DNA of 64,000 nucleotides from the human T2T-CHM13v2.0 reference genome, Homo sapiens. The notes under the pieces are model-generated. The model was not told where the DNA came from. It was given only the letters and a program-made list of their open reading frames with translations, and did not search any database. The stretch lies in NCBI RefSeq assembly GCF_009914755.1, contig NC_060927.1. One strand, 5' to 3'. Within the stretch, counting starts at the first letter, position 1; each line of letters opens with the position of its first letter. Position numbers and translations under genes: made by a program. Below, piece after piece: positions 26,195 to 40,200 of this stretch.

Positions 26195-26365
26195 TATATA
26201 TCCCATAGATATATGATATGTATATTCCAGAAGGAATTTCATATATATATATTATATATATACACTGTGTGTATATATAAATTATATTCCCTTTAAACTA
26301 TTTTCATAAATTATGAATAATATAATTATTCATACACACACATATACATATTGTATTATGTGTAT
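26195..26365. repeat. AT/CA-rich low-complexity tract
   Basis: Interrupted (TA)n and (CA)n runs. Confidence 0.7.
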
Positions 26366-27194
26366 AGCTTCTACTCCCAAAAAGCAATAGAGATAAAAAC
26401 ACAAAAATGCACATTTTAAAAATATTTTATAGCTGGAGTATACAGAAAACATTATGTAGAATCTTAGGGTAAGCTGTGATATCCTACAAAATCTATGGAA
26501 CTCAGCAAAATTTCACCAATTAGAATTTTACTGATCAAGAGTTATTAAACTGTATCTAGGAAAAGGAGATGACAGTTCATGGGATGGAGGCCCTACAAGG
26601 GTGATGAGAAAGAATGGGTTTAGAATTAGTGAAAAGGCAATTGATACTGGGGCATTTTCAACCAACAATCAAATCATTCGGAATATTTTTGCTTTTGTTT
26701 CCCAATCCAAATAATTTTTAAAATGAAACTGTTAAATAATGGGAAATATTGATAATCCAAGAAACAAACCCAAGGTAGCATTTACTATTACACAATAGAA
26801 TCATAGCATAATGTGTTTTATTTTTTAAATCAATACTGCATGTTCAAACTCTCACCATTTTGAAATAACCTTTCCTTTATTTTCTGGCATTACTATTATC
26901 ATTATTATAATTATCTTTTTTTTACTTTTTTACATTAATTCTACTTTCATAAAATGGTGGTCATATGCATGGAGTACATAAATCAATTGGACTGTGCTTA
27001 TATGGTGTCATAGAGGATTTATAGAACAAAAGTTCAGAGGGCATGACAATTGTCTGGAAAGACCTTAAACAAGTTTTAAACATTTTGAATATAAAAGATA
27101 GTCAAATGAAAGCTACTTAATGTGTTTGTATGGCACCATACTAGGTCCCGTGGGCGGTTTCTATCTTTAAATTTAGCACCGTTGGTACAGTACA

Positions 27195-27390
27195 GTTTGT
27201 AAGTGCTAGACTTCAGTCAGAAGTCTGTTCTTTACATGTTACATAACTTTGGGTAAGTCTTTTCCAGGCTGATCCTATTTCTTCACCTTTAAAATGAGAA
27301 GTGCTGTACCTACTAAGTTACAGTGTATATTAAGTTATTCAATGTATGTGAAAGAGCATAGGAAGTAGAAAAGTGCGGTACAATATATTT
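27195..27390 (+). mobile_element. MIR SINE
   Basis: taactttgggtaagtc...tttcttcacctttaaaatgagaa...aatgtatgtgaaagagc. Confidence 0.6.
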
Positions 27391-28199
27391 GTGTATATTC
27401 TATAATATAAGGAGGAATAGAAGAGCTTCAGATAAGGGCAGTCAATTGCTGGATGTCACAAGGAATAGAGAGTAAATGTTCTAGGAATTCAGACATAAAA
27501 GCCAATTCCATCTGAAGTTATCAAAGAAGCCTTAAGCTAGTCTGGTGTTCTATCTTAAGGGAAAAAAAGGTAATTGCTGCTATTTTATTTCATATTATGA
27601 ATGAAAGTCTTTAAATGGGAACTCTCTTCTAAAATGCCTAATGTTATTCATGGGTTGTTTCACAGCCCCAAAATATGACTGAAATTTTCTTGTCTGTTTA
27701 TGTACCTTAGGGGTCCAACAGAAAAATATTTTTTTCTTTCATGAGACATCCAGTAAGCAAATTTATAAAATTTATAAGTCTAATTTTCATAAAGCTTCAT
27801 GGTTTAAGACACTCTTGAAGCCAATGGTCTTTTAGCTAGCTGCCACCGCAATTTTGTGTCTTCACGTAAATTGAAGAATAAGCCACATATATTACTTTAT
27901 AGTTACAGCTTATAAATATATTCGTTTGGGCTTTACATTTTGAAAAGTATTAACATTTTGAATTATATCTTAGAATAAATATTCAGAATATGACATGAGT
28001 TAAGATTAGGTTTACGTAGGCTCTTTGGAATAAAATTATTTTCCCTTTAAACTGTTTTAAGAATTTTGAATAATACAATTACTTGTTAAGGTAATTTAAA
28101 AATCATTAGCTATTGCACAATTTCAAGATATACTTCTGTTTTGCTCTTCTTACATGTAGTTTCACTAAGCTAGCATGGTAAATTGCTAATGCATTCACA

Positions 28200-28470
28200 T
28201 ATATATGGGGGTGTGTCTGTGTGTGTGTGTGTATATTTATATACATGGCATCACATATAGGATTTGGGGGTATTGCTATTTACAAAAAAAATGGAATCAT
28301 GTCATACATATTTTTTTGTAACTTGTTTTTGACATTTTACATATTATGCTTATTTTTGTATGCCTATATATACATACTTTTTAAAATGTATTAATTTCTT
28401 CTGTTTCTAAACTTTTTACAAAATGCAACCATAAAATTTGCATGTAAAGCTTTATCTGCTCATACTAAAA
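28200..28470 (-). mobile_element. L1ME 3' UTR fragment with a short (TG)n
   Basis: ttacaaaaaaaatggaatcatgtcatacatatttttttgtaacttgttttt. Confidence 0.5.
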
Positions 28471-29487
28471 TATTTTAAAGATTTATATCTCTATAAGCTT
28501 TATTACTTGGCTGCTTCCTTTCCGTAATATTAGTTAAAATGATTTTAGTCATCTACTTATTAATGACTTGTCATATTATTTTAGTTTTTACCTTTAAAAT
28601 AGCTTTTCAATTAGCTCTTTTTTTTTCTGTACTTGGAACATGTTGCAAACTTTTTGTTGAGGAAATCAGAAATCAGCTGACGCCCAGAAGTTACAAACCA
28701 TATTCAAATATACCTAGGATATTTCTACATTTAAAACCTATTTTAAAATTATCATATGTAATTTGTATAATTGTACAGATCAAATAATAATACTTTTGCC
28801 TGGAAGAATCACTAGAAACCAGTGTTCTTGATTTTAATATAAACAGATGTTATAAATGAGGAATTTGTTTAATGTTCAGATGAGGTAGGCCAAATGATTG
28901 ATTTTTCTTTATGGCCAGGCCAACTTTCTGAGATTTGGGAGAATAGCCTATGCTAAATTCCTAGAAAGTAGTGGTACAACATATATTCTTTTTACTGAAA
29001 CATGACAAGTAATAATAAGGTCAGAAGAATCTCAGAGTGGTCCAATTTGAGGATACTTTTTTCCCTCATATTTCAAAGAAACTGAATTTTATAGAACCTG
29101 TTATATAAGCAGTTTTTCAAATGCCTCTGGAACTAAATAATAGTCAGTAGATGTGTATGGTGTAAATTACTGAAAACAGCAGCTAAAGACAAGCTTAACA
29201 GTGAGCACGTTAAATCACAGTCATAAGACTTATCAAAGAGAAATTAAAAAGACACAGATTATCCTGACAACTTTAAAGATAACTTGTCTGGTCTCACCTC
29301 TGTAATTAAGTGCTGACAGTGCTGTGGCATTTCAACTCATCATTAATACAGAGAATTTTCACTCTGGCAGATACAGATAGTGAGAGTTTTCTGTGCAAAC
29401 GTTTTCACAATTCTTTCACTAATGTCTTATCAAGCTACCAGCATCTCACTGGCATGGCAGGAGGAAGTAGGAAGAGTGAACAAGTAA

Positions 29488-30693
29488 TTTTATACTCATT
29501 GACCAACCTCTCCCCATTTTGCTCCCCACTACCCTCTTCAGACTCTGGTAATCATTGTTCTACTCTCTACTTCTAAGAGATCGACTTTTTTAGATGACAC
29601 ATATGAATGAGATCTTGTGGCATTTGTCCTGTGCTGGGTTTATATCACTTAACATAATATCTAGGTTCATGCATGTTGTCACAAATGACAGGATTTTGTT
29701 ATTTTTATGGGTGAGTAGTGTATCATTGTGTATATAGACCATATTTTTTATCTATTCATTTATTGATGGACAGTCAGGTTGATTCAGTCTCTTGGCAATT
29801 GTGAATAGTATTGTAATGAACATGGGTGTACATAAATTTGTAACATATGAATTTCATTTCCTTTGGCTATTTACCCAGTACTGGAATTGTTGGAAATATC
29901 TCCATCTATTTGCAGCCAACTGCTTTTCAAAAAAGATACCAAGAACAAAAACTGGAGAAAGGTCAGTCTCTTCAATATATGACATTGCTGGGAAAACAAA
30001 ATATCCACATGCAGAAGAATGAAACTAGATCCCTGTCTCTCACCACTTAATAAAGTCAACTTAAAATGGATTAAAGACATGAATGTAAAATGTGAAACTA
30101 TGAAACTACTAGAAGAGAACATGGAGAAAACACTTCAAGACATTGGTCTAGGAAAGGAATTTTTGGATAACACTGCAAAATCCCAGGCAACAAAAACAAA
30201 ACTAAACAATTGAGATTAGGTCAAACTATAAAGCTCTGCACAGCAAAGGAAATAATCAACAGAATGTAGAAAACACCTGCAGTAAGGGAGAAAATGTTTG
30301 TAAACTATGAATGTGAAAAAGGATTAATATACAGATTATATAAGGAGCTCAACTCAACACTGTAATAATAATGACCCAAATAATCCAGTTGTTAAATGGG
30401 CAAAATATCTGAATAGATATTTTTGAAGAGAAGACATACAAATAGCCAACCTGTACATGAAAAAATATTAAACATCATTAATCATCAGGTAAATGCAAAT
30501 CTAAACTGCAATGAGATATTACCTCACCCAAGTTAGAATGGCTATGATGAAAAACACAAAAAGTGACAAATGATTGCAAGGATATAGAAAAGGAGGAACT
30601 CTTATGCACTGTTGTTGGGAATGTAAATTAGTACAGCCATTATGGAAAGCTGTATGGAGATTTTTCAAAAAATTAAAAATAAAACTACCATAT
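29488..30693 (-). mobile_element. L1MA with twin-priming inversion (antisense 29488-~29897; inverted ORF2 C-terminal part ~29900-30693); 3' terminus missing
   Basis: The two arms abut in L1 coordinates at ...actaccata|t.tccagcaat; ORF fragment KLDPCLSPLNKVNLKWIKDMNVK is L1 ORF2. Confidence 0.85.
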
Positions 30694-30695
30694 AC

Positions 30696-30870
30696 CTTTC
30701 TTACATAAGGTCATCTGTGCTTACTTTGGGCACACCAGATAATCCAGGCTAATTCCCCACCTCTGAATTTTTAACTTAATAAAAACCGCAAAGCTTCTGC
30801 CATAAAAGAACATTCACAGATTCTGGGAATTAAGATGTGATATTTCAGGGCTGTTACTCATTTTATTACA
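30696..30870 (-). mobile_element. MLT1 LTR, partial
   Basis: tttgggcacaccagataatccaggctaat...ttaacttaat...cattcacagattctgggaattaagatgtg. Confidence 0.7.
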
Positions 30871-31524
30871 GTACAGCTGTCATATTGGTTTAACATACTA
30901 CAATGTTATTTTCAAATTCAGAAAGAAAAAAAAACAAGGAAGAACATAAGATAAAGTACTAACTTGCTGCATATAAGTCTCATGTATATTTCAAACTCAT
31001 AACTAGGTTTCAACCACATGCAGGAAATAGATAACAATATATATTACCAATAAACTCTGATTACAAGAAAAAAACATAAAAACAAAAGCACAGGAGACAG
31101 ATATTCTTAGGAACTATTGTGATATCTAAAGCACAGAACATTTAAGAAACATTTCCAAAACAAAATATAGGTCAGAAGTATTTTGAAACATGTTCTCAGG
31201 TTTCAAAAAATGTCAATTAACATGATAAACATGTATCACATCTACAGAATTTCACAGGTAAAATTATCGTTTTTGATTATACTGTCTCCTTCCTGAGCAT
31301 ACACAGAAAGAAACACTGTTGTGTGCTTCTGCTTTGCAATTATACCCGTTAGTTCATTTGTAAAGAGAAAGGAAAAAATTATATAGTCTTAAAATTTTGT
31401 TCTGATTTGTACTTTCTGGTCTGTATTATTTATTTTATTTTAGTATTATTCTTTATTGACATTTCATTGAGTTTTTTATTATATTTCCCTTAAAACACAC
31501 CTACACACACACACATTCCTGTCC

Positions 31525-31695
31525 TAAAAGAGGCACAAGGAAGAAAATAAAAGAAAAATGTAAAGAAATAAGGCAGTAAAAAGCATTTTAAAAAGTAAAT
31601 GAAGAAAGAAAAGAGTAAAGAAGGAAGGCAGGGGCATCTTAGAAGAGAAAAAAGGAGAGAAAAGAAAAGAGGATGATAGATGAGGGAAGGTGGAA
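31525..31695. repeat. GA-rich low-complexity tract
   Basis: Almost purely purine on the + strand. Confidence 0.6.
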
Positions 31696-31714
31696 GAGTT
31701 AATTCTATTCATGC

Positions 31715-31960
31715 TAAAAATTAGAACCTAGGACATAGTTGGAAGTTACAGGAAGACAGTGATTCCATATGAAAGCTTTTTAAACAACTAGAGGTTTACA
31801 AAAAGGAATCGATAGCCTTGTGGAGTAAGGTACTCATTAATGCTGAAGCAAAAAATGGATAAGAAGCTATCAAAGTTAAGCGTCAAGGGATTTTCCGGAT
31901 TGCTGGAAAAAATATATTAAATGGCTTATAAGGTCTATCTTCATACTAAGATTCTATTTT
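31715..31960 (+). mobile_element. L3/CR1 LINE 3' fragment
   Basis: ttggaagttacaggaagacag...gccttgtggagtaagg...ataaggtctatcttcatactaagattctat resembles the CR1 terminus. Confidence 0.55.
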
Positions 31961-34604
31961 GTAGCATTCAATATTAAGATTTTCATTGTCACAAGCATGT
32001 GTATATGAGTGTGCTCTCACTGTGTATCTCATTTTCTCACATATGCACGCATGCACACACACACAATGAGCACGTGCACACGCACACACCCTGATAGGTA
32101 AACCTTAATATATCTAGTATGCTTATAGCTGACTGAGAATTAGCATTATTTAATACAGTTTTAGAAACATAACTTTATAACCCATATCATAAGTATTGAA
32201 TTTTCAAAATAATGCATATTTGTATTTATCCATATTGTGAATTTGAATAATAGTATTAGGAAAATTAAAAAATAACATTTTCAAAGGCAACAAGGATATT
32301 TGTGACATTATTTTATTTCTTGCCTTTAGTTTTGAACATAGATTTTAATTTTGAACTCATTACACTAAATTGGAATTCATTTTAGGAGAAAATGTAGTAA
32401 AAAATGTAATTTTTCAATTCTTTCGTAGCACTTTGATTTAATATTAAAATTTACCTTCACATCTCTTCATTAAACAATTGCTCAACTCCTGTGAGATTTA
32501 GCATTCTTATCTTTAAAATAAAGACAGTCTCCATTCCATTGATTTATGAGATTGAAGTAAGATAAATATACATGGTATAAAATAAGTATTTAATAAAAAT
32601 ATTGTCTTGAGAGCAAAATAGTTAACCAGACTAATTTAGGATTTCTTCAGCTATCTCCACATAAGCATAAGAAAATAATACTCATCTAATTGTAAATGAG
32701 GCCTCTTTTGTTAACTAATTCCCCTAAACATTTTTTTTCTTCAAATTTTTGTTACATAGTGTTTGGGAAACTATTGGAAACGTAGTCATCAGAAAGGTTT
32801 ATATTTAAAACCATTTCAGCTATCTATTCAACCATCTTTTTCTTGAAGGTCAAAGCTAAGATTTTGAAGACTTAAATAAGGATGTATATCAGCAATAAAA
32901 TTCTGCTGAAAACTATACTGAATACATAATTCTTACTCAGGGAATATTGCTTGAGCCTTCAAGTTATTCCATCAGCCTCTGATCTTACAAACTCTAGATT
33001 TTATTTTCTTGCTTTTTTTTCCCTGACTTTTTAGCATCAGAGATAAAAATCAATAGTTGCTCTTCTGTGTCCTAAAATCAGTTTTTCTCATATGGAAAAT
33101 AAATGTATATGCTATATTTTCTGCTTTTTATTCATTACTTCAAGAGTGTTACCACCATATGTCAGAATCAAATGTCATATAATCCTGGATTATTAAGAAA
33201 GAAATCATTAAATATATTCAAAACTAACTCTGCAGCTTTCATATATGGAAGCCTCATTTTAAAATAAAATTCTATATATTGTTGGCCTCTGTGAAAACAG
33301 AAAATCCAGCATTTGGGGGTTTATATTGACCTGTAAATTGTTTCTCTCATCCTCTCCTTTAATTCATTAACCATTTAAAGTGTGTGCTTAATATATATTG
33401 ATTCAGTTCTTACATAGTATGTCTCAGAATATCCAAGTTATATGAAGCAGTTTTCTTAATAAAAATTTAACAAAATCAAAACTTTATGCATGAACCGTGA
33501 AAACGCTAATAGGAAAGTATTGGAAATTTCAACATTAGAGGAATGATTTCATTAAGTATACAGAATGGAGTATTTTAGCAATTAAAATAATAATTACAGA
33601 TACTATTTCAAAATATGGAATTGGATTTAGTATGCATTGTTAAAAATAAATAGAATTATGTAAAATTATGTACACTTCATAACTATGTAAAATATGTATA
33701 TTAACATATGAAAGGAATGTGCAAAAGCAAAGAGATTTTAGGGTTTAGGACATTTGGACCATGAAATCCATTTTTATTTGTTACCGTTTTATAAAAGTAT
33801 AGGATGGAACTTGTAAAATTTAGGTGATGTAGATGTACTATTAATTGCCCACTGGAGAATTGGAAATAGAAAAATAGTACCTATATTTTTCTCAGTAGTC
33901 ATTCTTTTATGCTGTGGCTATAATTGAATTTCTTTTAAGTTTTGCAAGGATTATAATGCTGACCTTGAGTGCTAAATCATTATGAAGCAAAATGTAAAAC
34001 ACTGGTAATATTGCTTTAGACATTGTACATTAAACTGAAAATTAACCATAAGATTGTATATATGAAAATGACATTTTCAAAAATTGTAATGAATTGATAT
34101 GTTTAAATCAACCTCTAATTTATATGATTTCCCTTTAAAGTTATAATTTATCCATCAAGCACGATTTAATATATTATTACACTATAATTCAAGAACATTA
34201 ATGCAGCTTCCAACAGGGACAAATTTATTAATGGTGGTTTATTAAGAGCGAATGTGTCTTAATTTAAATGGCAAATTATCTGAGCACTTTTTCTGTTCTT
34301 TTTTTAATGAATTGATTGAGATTTAATTACCGAAGTTGAACTGGATACAACTTTATGTAATCATATTTTCATTTAAATATTCTTCATTTGTTATGCCAAA
34401 AATAGTACATATGGTTGCTACATAAAGAACATATCTCAAAAACTTATGTTTTCTTTTGAATCACTAAATTGTGTTCTTTGGTTACCCAAGAGTAGTCTCT
34501 CTGTTTAATGTAATAGTGAGAATGAATTTACTAAATACATACTCTTTTTCCACTCATTTTATTCCTTGTCAACATAAAAGTATAATATTTTTGCCTCATG
34601 AATT

Positions 34605-37600
34605 CTTTTTTTAGTTTTAATTGATGCATAAAAATGGTATATATTTATAGGGTACAGTGTGATATTTTGAACATGAATATACTGTGTAATGATGAAATCA
34701 AGGTAATTAACATATACATCCCCTCAAACATTTATTTTTTGTTGGAAACATTCAAAATCCTGTCTTCTAGCTATTTAAAAATATGCAATAGCTTATTAGC
34801 TATAGTCACCTACAGTGCTGTAGAACACTAGAAGTTATTTCTCTTACCTAGCTGTCATTTGGTATTGTTTAGCTAACTTTTCTTTAGCCACTTCCCTCCC
34901 CTTCCAAGTCTCTAGTAACCATTATTCTATGCTGTACAATAAGATCAAATATTTTAGCTTTCACAGATGAGTGAGAACATGCAGTACTTATCTTTCTGTG
35001 ACTTACATATTTCACTTAACATAATGGCCTCCAGGCTCATCCATGTTGCCATAAATGACAGAAATTCATTCTTTTTAACAGTGGAATAGTATTCCATTGT
35101 GTGTGTTACATATTTTCATTATTTATTCATCTGTTGATGGATACTTTGATTGCTTCCATATCTTAGCTATGGTGAATACTACTGCAATAAACATGATGTG
35201 GGGGGCTTAGGGTTTTCATTTCATTTCCTCTCGATATATACCCAGTAGTAGGATATCTGGATCATATGGTAGTTCTATTTTTAGTTTTTGAAAAGCCTCC
35301 ATACTATTTTTCATAATGACTGCACTAATTTACATTCCCACTGGCAGTGGATGAGTTCCATTTTCTCTGTATCCTTACCAGCACTGGTTATTTATTTTCT
35401 TTTTGATAATAGCTATCCAAATGGAGTGAGATGATAGTTTATTGTAATTTTGATTTACATTTTCCTGATGATTAGTGATGATGAGCATTTTTTATATATC
35501 TGTTAGTTATTTGTATGTCTTCTTTTCAGAAATGTCTATTTAGATCTTTTGCCCATTGTTAAATAGGATTATTTGTTTTTTGTTGTTGTTGAGTGGTTTG
35601 AGTTCCATGTATAGTCCTTGATATTAATCCATTGTTGAATGAATAGTAGTTTGCAAATATCTTCTCTTGTTTTTCAGGTGTTTTTTGACTCTTGATTGTT
35701 TTCTTTGCTGTTCAGAAGCTTTTAGTTTGATATAATCTCGTTTGTCTATTTTTGCTTTTGTTTTTGGTACCTATGCTTTTGAGACCTATTCATAAAATGA
35801 TTGCCTGGACTAATGTCCTGAGGCATTTCCCTAGTGTTTTCTTTAAATAGTTTTATATTTTTGAGTCTTAACATTTAAGTCTTTAATCCATTTATGTTGA
35901 TTTTTGTATATGGTGAGAGATAGGTATCTAGTTTCATTTTCTGCATGTGGACGTACAGTTTTCCCAGCACCATTTATTGAAAAGATGCCAAAAACATATA
36001 TTGAGGAAAGGAATGTATGTTTTTGGCATCTTTGCCAAAAATCAGCTGGCTGAAAATACATAGGTTTATTTCTGTGTTCTCTGTTCCATCACATTGGTAT
36101 TGAAATGTGTTTCTATGACAGAACCATGCTGCTTTGGTTACTATATCTTTGTAATATATTTTGAAGTCAGGCAGTGTGATGCCTCCAGCTTTTGTTTTGT
36201 TTTGTTTTTTCCTCAAAACTGCTTCAGCGATTTGTTTTTTCTATTTCTGTAAAGAATATAATTGTTATTTTGATAGGGGTGGTATGGAATCTAGATTGCT
36301 TTGGGTGGTATGGTGATTTAACAATACTAATTATTTGAATCCATGAGCATAGCATGTCTTTACATTTATTTGTTTCCTCTTAAAGTTTTTCATCACTGTT
36401 TTGTAGTTTTTATTATAGAGATTTTTCATCTCCTTGGTTAAATATATTCCTAGATATGATATTTATTTATTGTTGCAGCTATTTTAAATGGGATTGCCTT
36501 GTTGGTTTTTTCAGCATATTTATGACTGTTGTATAGAATTTTTGTACATTGATTTTCTATCCTGCAGCTTTTCTGAATTTGTTTATTAATTCTAAGAGTT
36601 TTTTGGTAGAGTCTGTAGAATTTTCTGTATATAAGATCATGAGATCTGCAATTAGGGAGAATTTTACTTCCTCCTTTCCAATTTGGATACCTTCTCTTTC
36701 TTTCTCTTGCTTAATTGTTCTGGCTAGGAATTCCAGTTCTATAATAAATAAAAGAGTGGTAAAAGTAAATGTGCTGGTATTATTTCAGTTCTTAAAGGAA
36801 AATCTTTCAACTTTTCCCCATTCAGTATGATATTGGCTGTGTGTTTGTCACATATGGCCTTTATTGTGCTAAGGTACATTCCTTCTATACCTAATTTGTA
36901 GAAAGTCTATATAATGAAGAGATGTTGATTTTTATCAAATGCTTTTTTTTGCATCTGTTGAGATAATTATATTTTTGTCCTTCATTCTGTTGATGTGATA
37001 GTTAAAAATTGGTATTAGTTCTTCTTTAACAGGGTGGCTGTTAAATGAATTAATTTGGTGAATTAATGGCTTCAATTCACCAATGAAGCCATTGTTCCTG
37101 GTCTTTTCTCTGTTGGGAGACTTTTTATTACTGGTTCTATCATGTTACTCATTATGGGTCTGTTCATATTTTCTATTTCTTCACTGTACAACCGTGGTAG
37201 TTTGTATATGTTGAAGAATGTATTCATTTCCCCTAGGATTTCTAATTTGTTGGCATTTTGTGGTTTATAACAGTCTCTAATGATCCTTTGTATTCTTGTG
37301 GTATCAGTTATAATGTCTTCTTTTTTGTTTCTGGTTTTGTTTATTTGGGTGTTCTTTCTCTTTTTCTTAGTCTAGTTAAAGGTTCGTCAATTTTGTTCCT
37401 CTTTTCAAAATATTAATTTCATTGATGTTTTGTATTATTTCATCTCCATTTTGTTTATTTCTGTTCTGATCTTTATTATTTCTTTTCTTCTACTAGTTTT
37501 GGGCTTGATTTGTTCTTGCTTTTCTAGTTCCTTTAGATGCATCATTAGATTTTTTATTTGTAATATTTCTACTTTTTAAATATAGGAACTTATTGCTATA

Positions 37601-38420
37601 AACCTCACTCTTAGTATTGCCTTTGTATATCTCTTAGGTTTGGGTATGTTTTGTTTCTATTTTCATTTGCTTCAAGAAAATGTGTAATTTCTTTCCTGAT
37701 TTGTTTATTTGGTAACTCAGAAGCATTTTGTTTAATTTCCACGTGTTTGTGTGGTTTTTGAGGTTCATCTTACTGATTTCTAATTTTATTCTATTGTGAT
37801 CGGAAAAGACACTTAATATTATTTCAGTTTTTATAAACTTGTTGAGACTTGTTTTGTGGCCTAACATGTGGTCTATTCTGGAGAATGTTCCATGTGTATG
37901 AGAAGAATGTGTATTCTTCAGCTGTTGGATGAAATGTTTTGTAACTATTAGTTAGGTCCATTTGGTCTACAATGCTATTTAAATCCAATATTACTTTTTT
38001 GATTTTCTGTCTCGATAAGCTCTCTAATGCTGAGAGTAGGGTGTTGAAGTCCCCAACTGCTGTTGTATTGGGGTCTTTCTCTTTAGATCTAATATTTGCT
38101 TTATATATCTGGTTGCTGCAGTGTTGAGTGCATATATGTTTACAATTGTTACATCCTCTTGCTAACCTGATTCTTTCATCATTATATAAATGTCTCTTTA
38201 AAGTTTCTGACATAAACTCTATTTTACCTGATACAAGTATAGCTATTCTTGCTTGTTTTTGGCTTGCATTTGCATGGAATGTCTTTTTCCATTCCTTCAC
38301 TTTCAGTCTATTTGTGTCTTTACAGTGAAATGAGTTTCTTGTAAACAGTACATAGTTAGGTCTTGTTTTTTTAAGCGGTCTTGTTGTGTTTCTACAGTCT
38401 ATAGTTAGGACTTATTTTAA
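34605..38420 (-). mobile_element. L1MA, ~3.8 kb, from the 3' UTR to the ORF2 endonuclease region, with internal deletions
   Basis: Continuous antisense L1; ORF remnants [25 protein letters not shown]...SDHN and W....HAN...Q.A.IAILVS...VGDFNT.LS. Confidence 0.93.
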
Positions 38421-39234
38421 ATAGTGAATTATCTGAGTGCTTTTTCTTATATGCGACATTATTCATTTCTGTTTTAGCTCATATGACAAACTTTTATTTC
38501 CTAGTGACTTCTGTAATTCTCTCTCGAGAATATATTCTAGATCAAAAATAATGTTCCCATTGAACAGCCAGAAAGAGTTTTAAATGTAGTTTCTAAAGAC
38601 CTTATTTCCTTAGAAAAACCAAACTTGTCATTCTCACAAATTTAAGAAAATACTTTGTCCTTAGAACACAAAAGCAACCTTCAGAAATAAAATGCCAAAC
38701 TTTTAATACTTAAGTCTTTCTTAGAAATTGAAATATGACAGAATCAATTTTTCAAATCTAATTCTCACCTGTGATTGGTACATTTAAGTAGATTTCTGAA
38801 AATAAATTGGAAAGATATAATGAGTTTATAATGTAACTTCTAACTTGGAGTTTTTATTTACCTTAATATATCTGACACTTTTTATTTTTTCTCCCTCAGG
38901 AGGAAAAAATCTAGTTCTCAATACAACATAGTTACTCATTTGCTTCATAACTTTATATATATATGAAACAGCTTCAAAATTACAATACCAATACTAACAT
39001 CAACAATATCATTATTAAAACAGTTTAATAATTTTTAAATAAGAAAAAAGTTTTTCTTATTTAATTCTTAAAGCAAATTAAATTTCTTATTTAATTCTAA
39101 TATCCCATTGATATTTGTGTTAAATCACTGTGTTTAAAGCTATGTTTAACAGTTCCCTCTTGGAGGCTATGTCTCCAATTCAATACAGTATTCTTCATTT
39201 GATGATTCTGTTGATTTTTCAAAATTGTTCTTAA

Positions 39235-39536
<302 letters not shown>

Positions 39537-39549
39537 TTTTAAAGTTATT

Positions 39550-40200
39550 TTTAATCATTTATAATATTTTTATATTACAAAGTAAATTTGCAAGGCAAAA
39601 TATATTCATAGATGTCCAGTTTCTAACCTTGTAGTGTTTATCCTATTGCCTTTCACCCACTAAGGGCAACCATTATAATTATTTGTTATTCTTAGGTTTA
39701 TCCTTACAGCTTTTTTATGCATTTTTCTTCACCTTACTTTCTTCAGTTAAAAATATATTCTGAAATAACTCTATTCTAGTGTTTATAGATAGCCATAATT
39801 CCTTTTTATAACTTCATAATTCTCTAGTGGATATAGCATAGTTTTTCAACCACTCTCTTATTGATGGGCATTTAGATTGTTACAATCTTTAGAAATAAAT
39901 CTCCAGGAATGGTATTGTAAATATGTCACTTTGTGTTGTGCAGTGTATCTCTGAGAGAGATTCCAAAAAGCCAAAGTATAAATAAATACATAATTTTTGC
40001 CTTAAATCTTTAAGCTTCCCTTCATAAGAGTTGTATCATTTTGCATTACCACCAACAATGTGGTAAAGTATTTTATCCTACAGCCTAGCCAACAGTGTCT
40101 TACCAAATTTTTGTACTTTTTTTGTGCCAATCTGTTACGTGAGAAATGGCGTATCAATGTGTTTTAATTTGGATTTTATTTTTTCTGAATGATTGTTGAC
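39550..40200 (-). mobile_element. Ancient L1ME fragment; host of the AluY, with further sequence at ~38890-39240
   Basis: ttgatgggcatttagattgtt..., ttgtatcattttgcattaccaccaacaatgtg, gtgagaaatggcgtatc. Confidence 0.65.

Noticed and set aside
32038-32090. Alternating purine-pyrimidine tract as Z-DNA
   Set aside because: Short, interrupted, ordinary microsatellite-like sequence.
37634-38300. Endonuclease and RT-like peptides as an active LINE (also 58373-59605)
   Set aside because: Many stops, frameshifts and internal deletions; these are dead L1 copies.
39053-39098. 16-bp direct repeat tttcttatttaattct (and ctaaatac repeats near 49583)
   Set aside because: Ordinary slippage duplication in AT-rich sequence.
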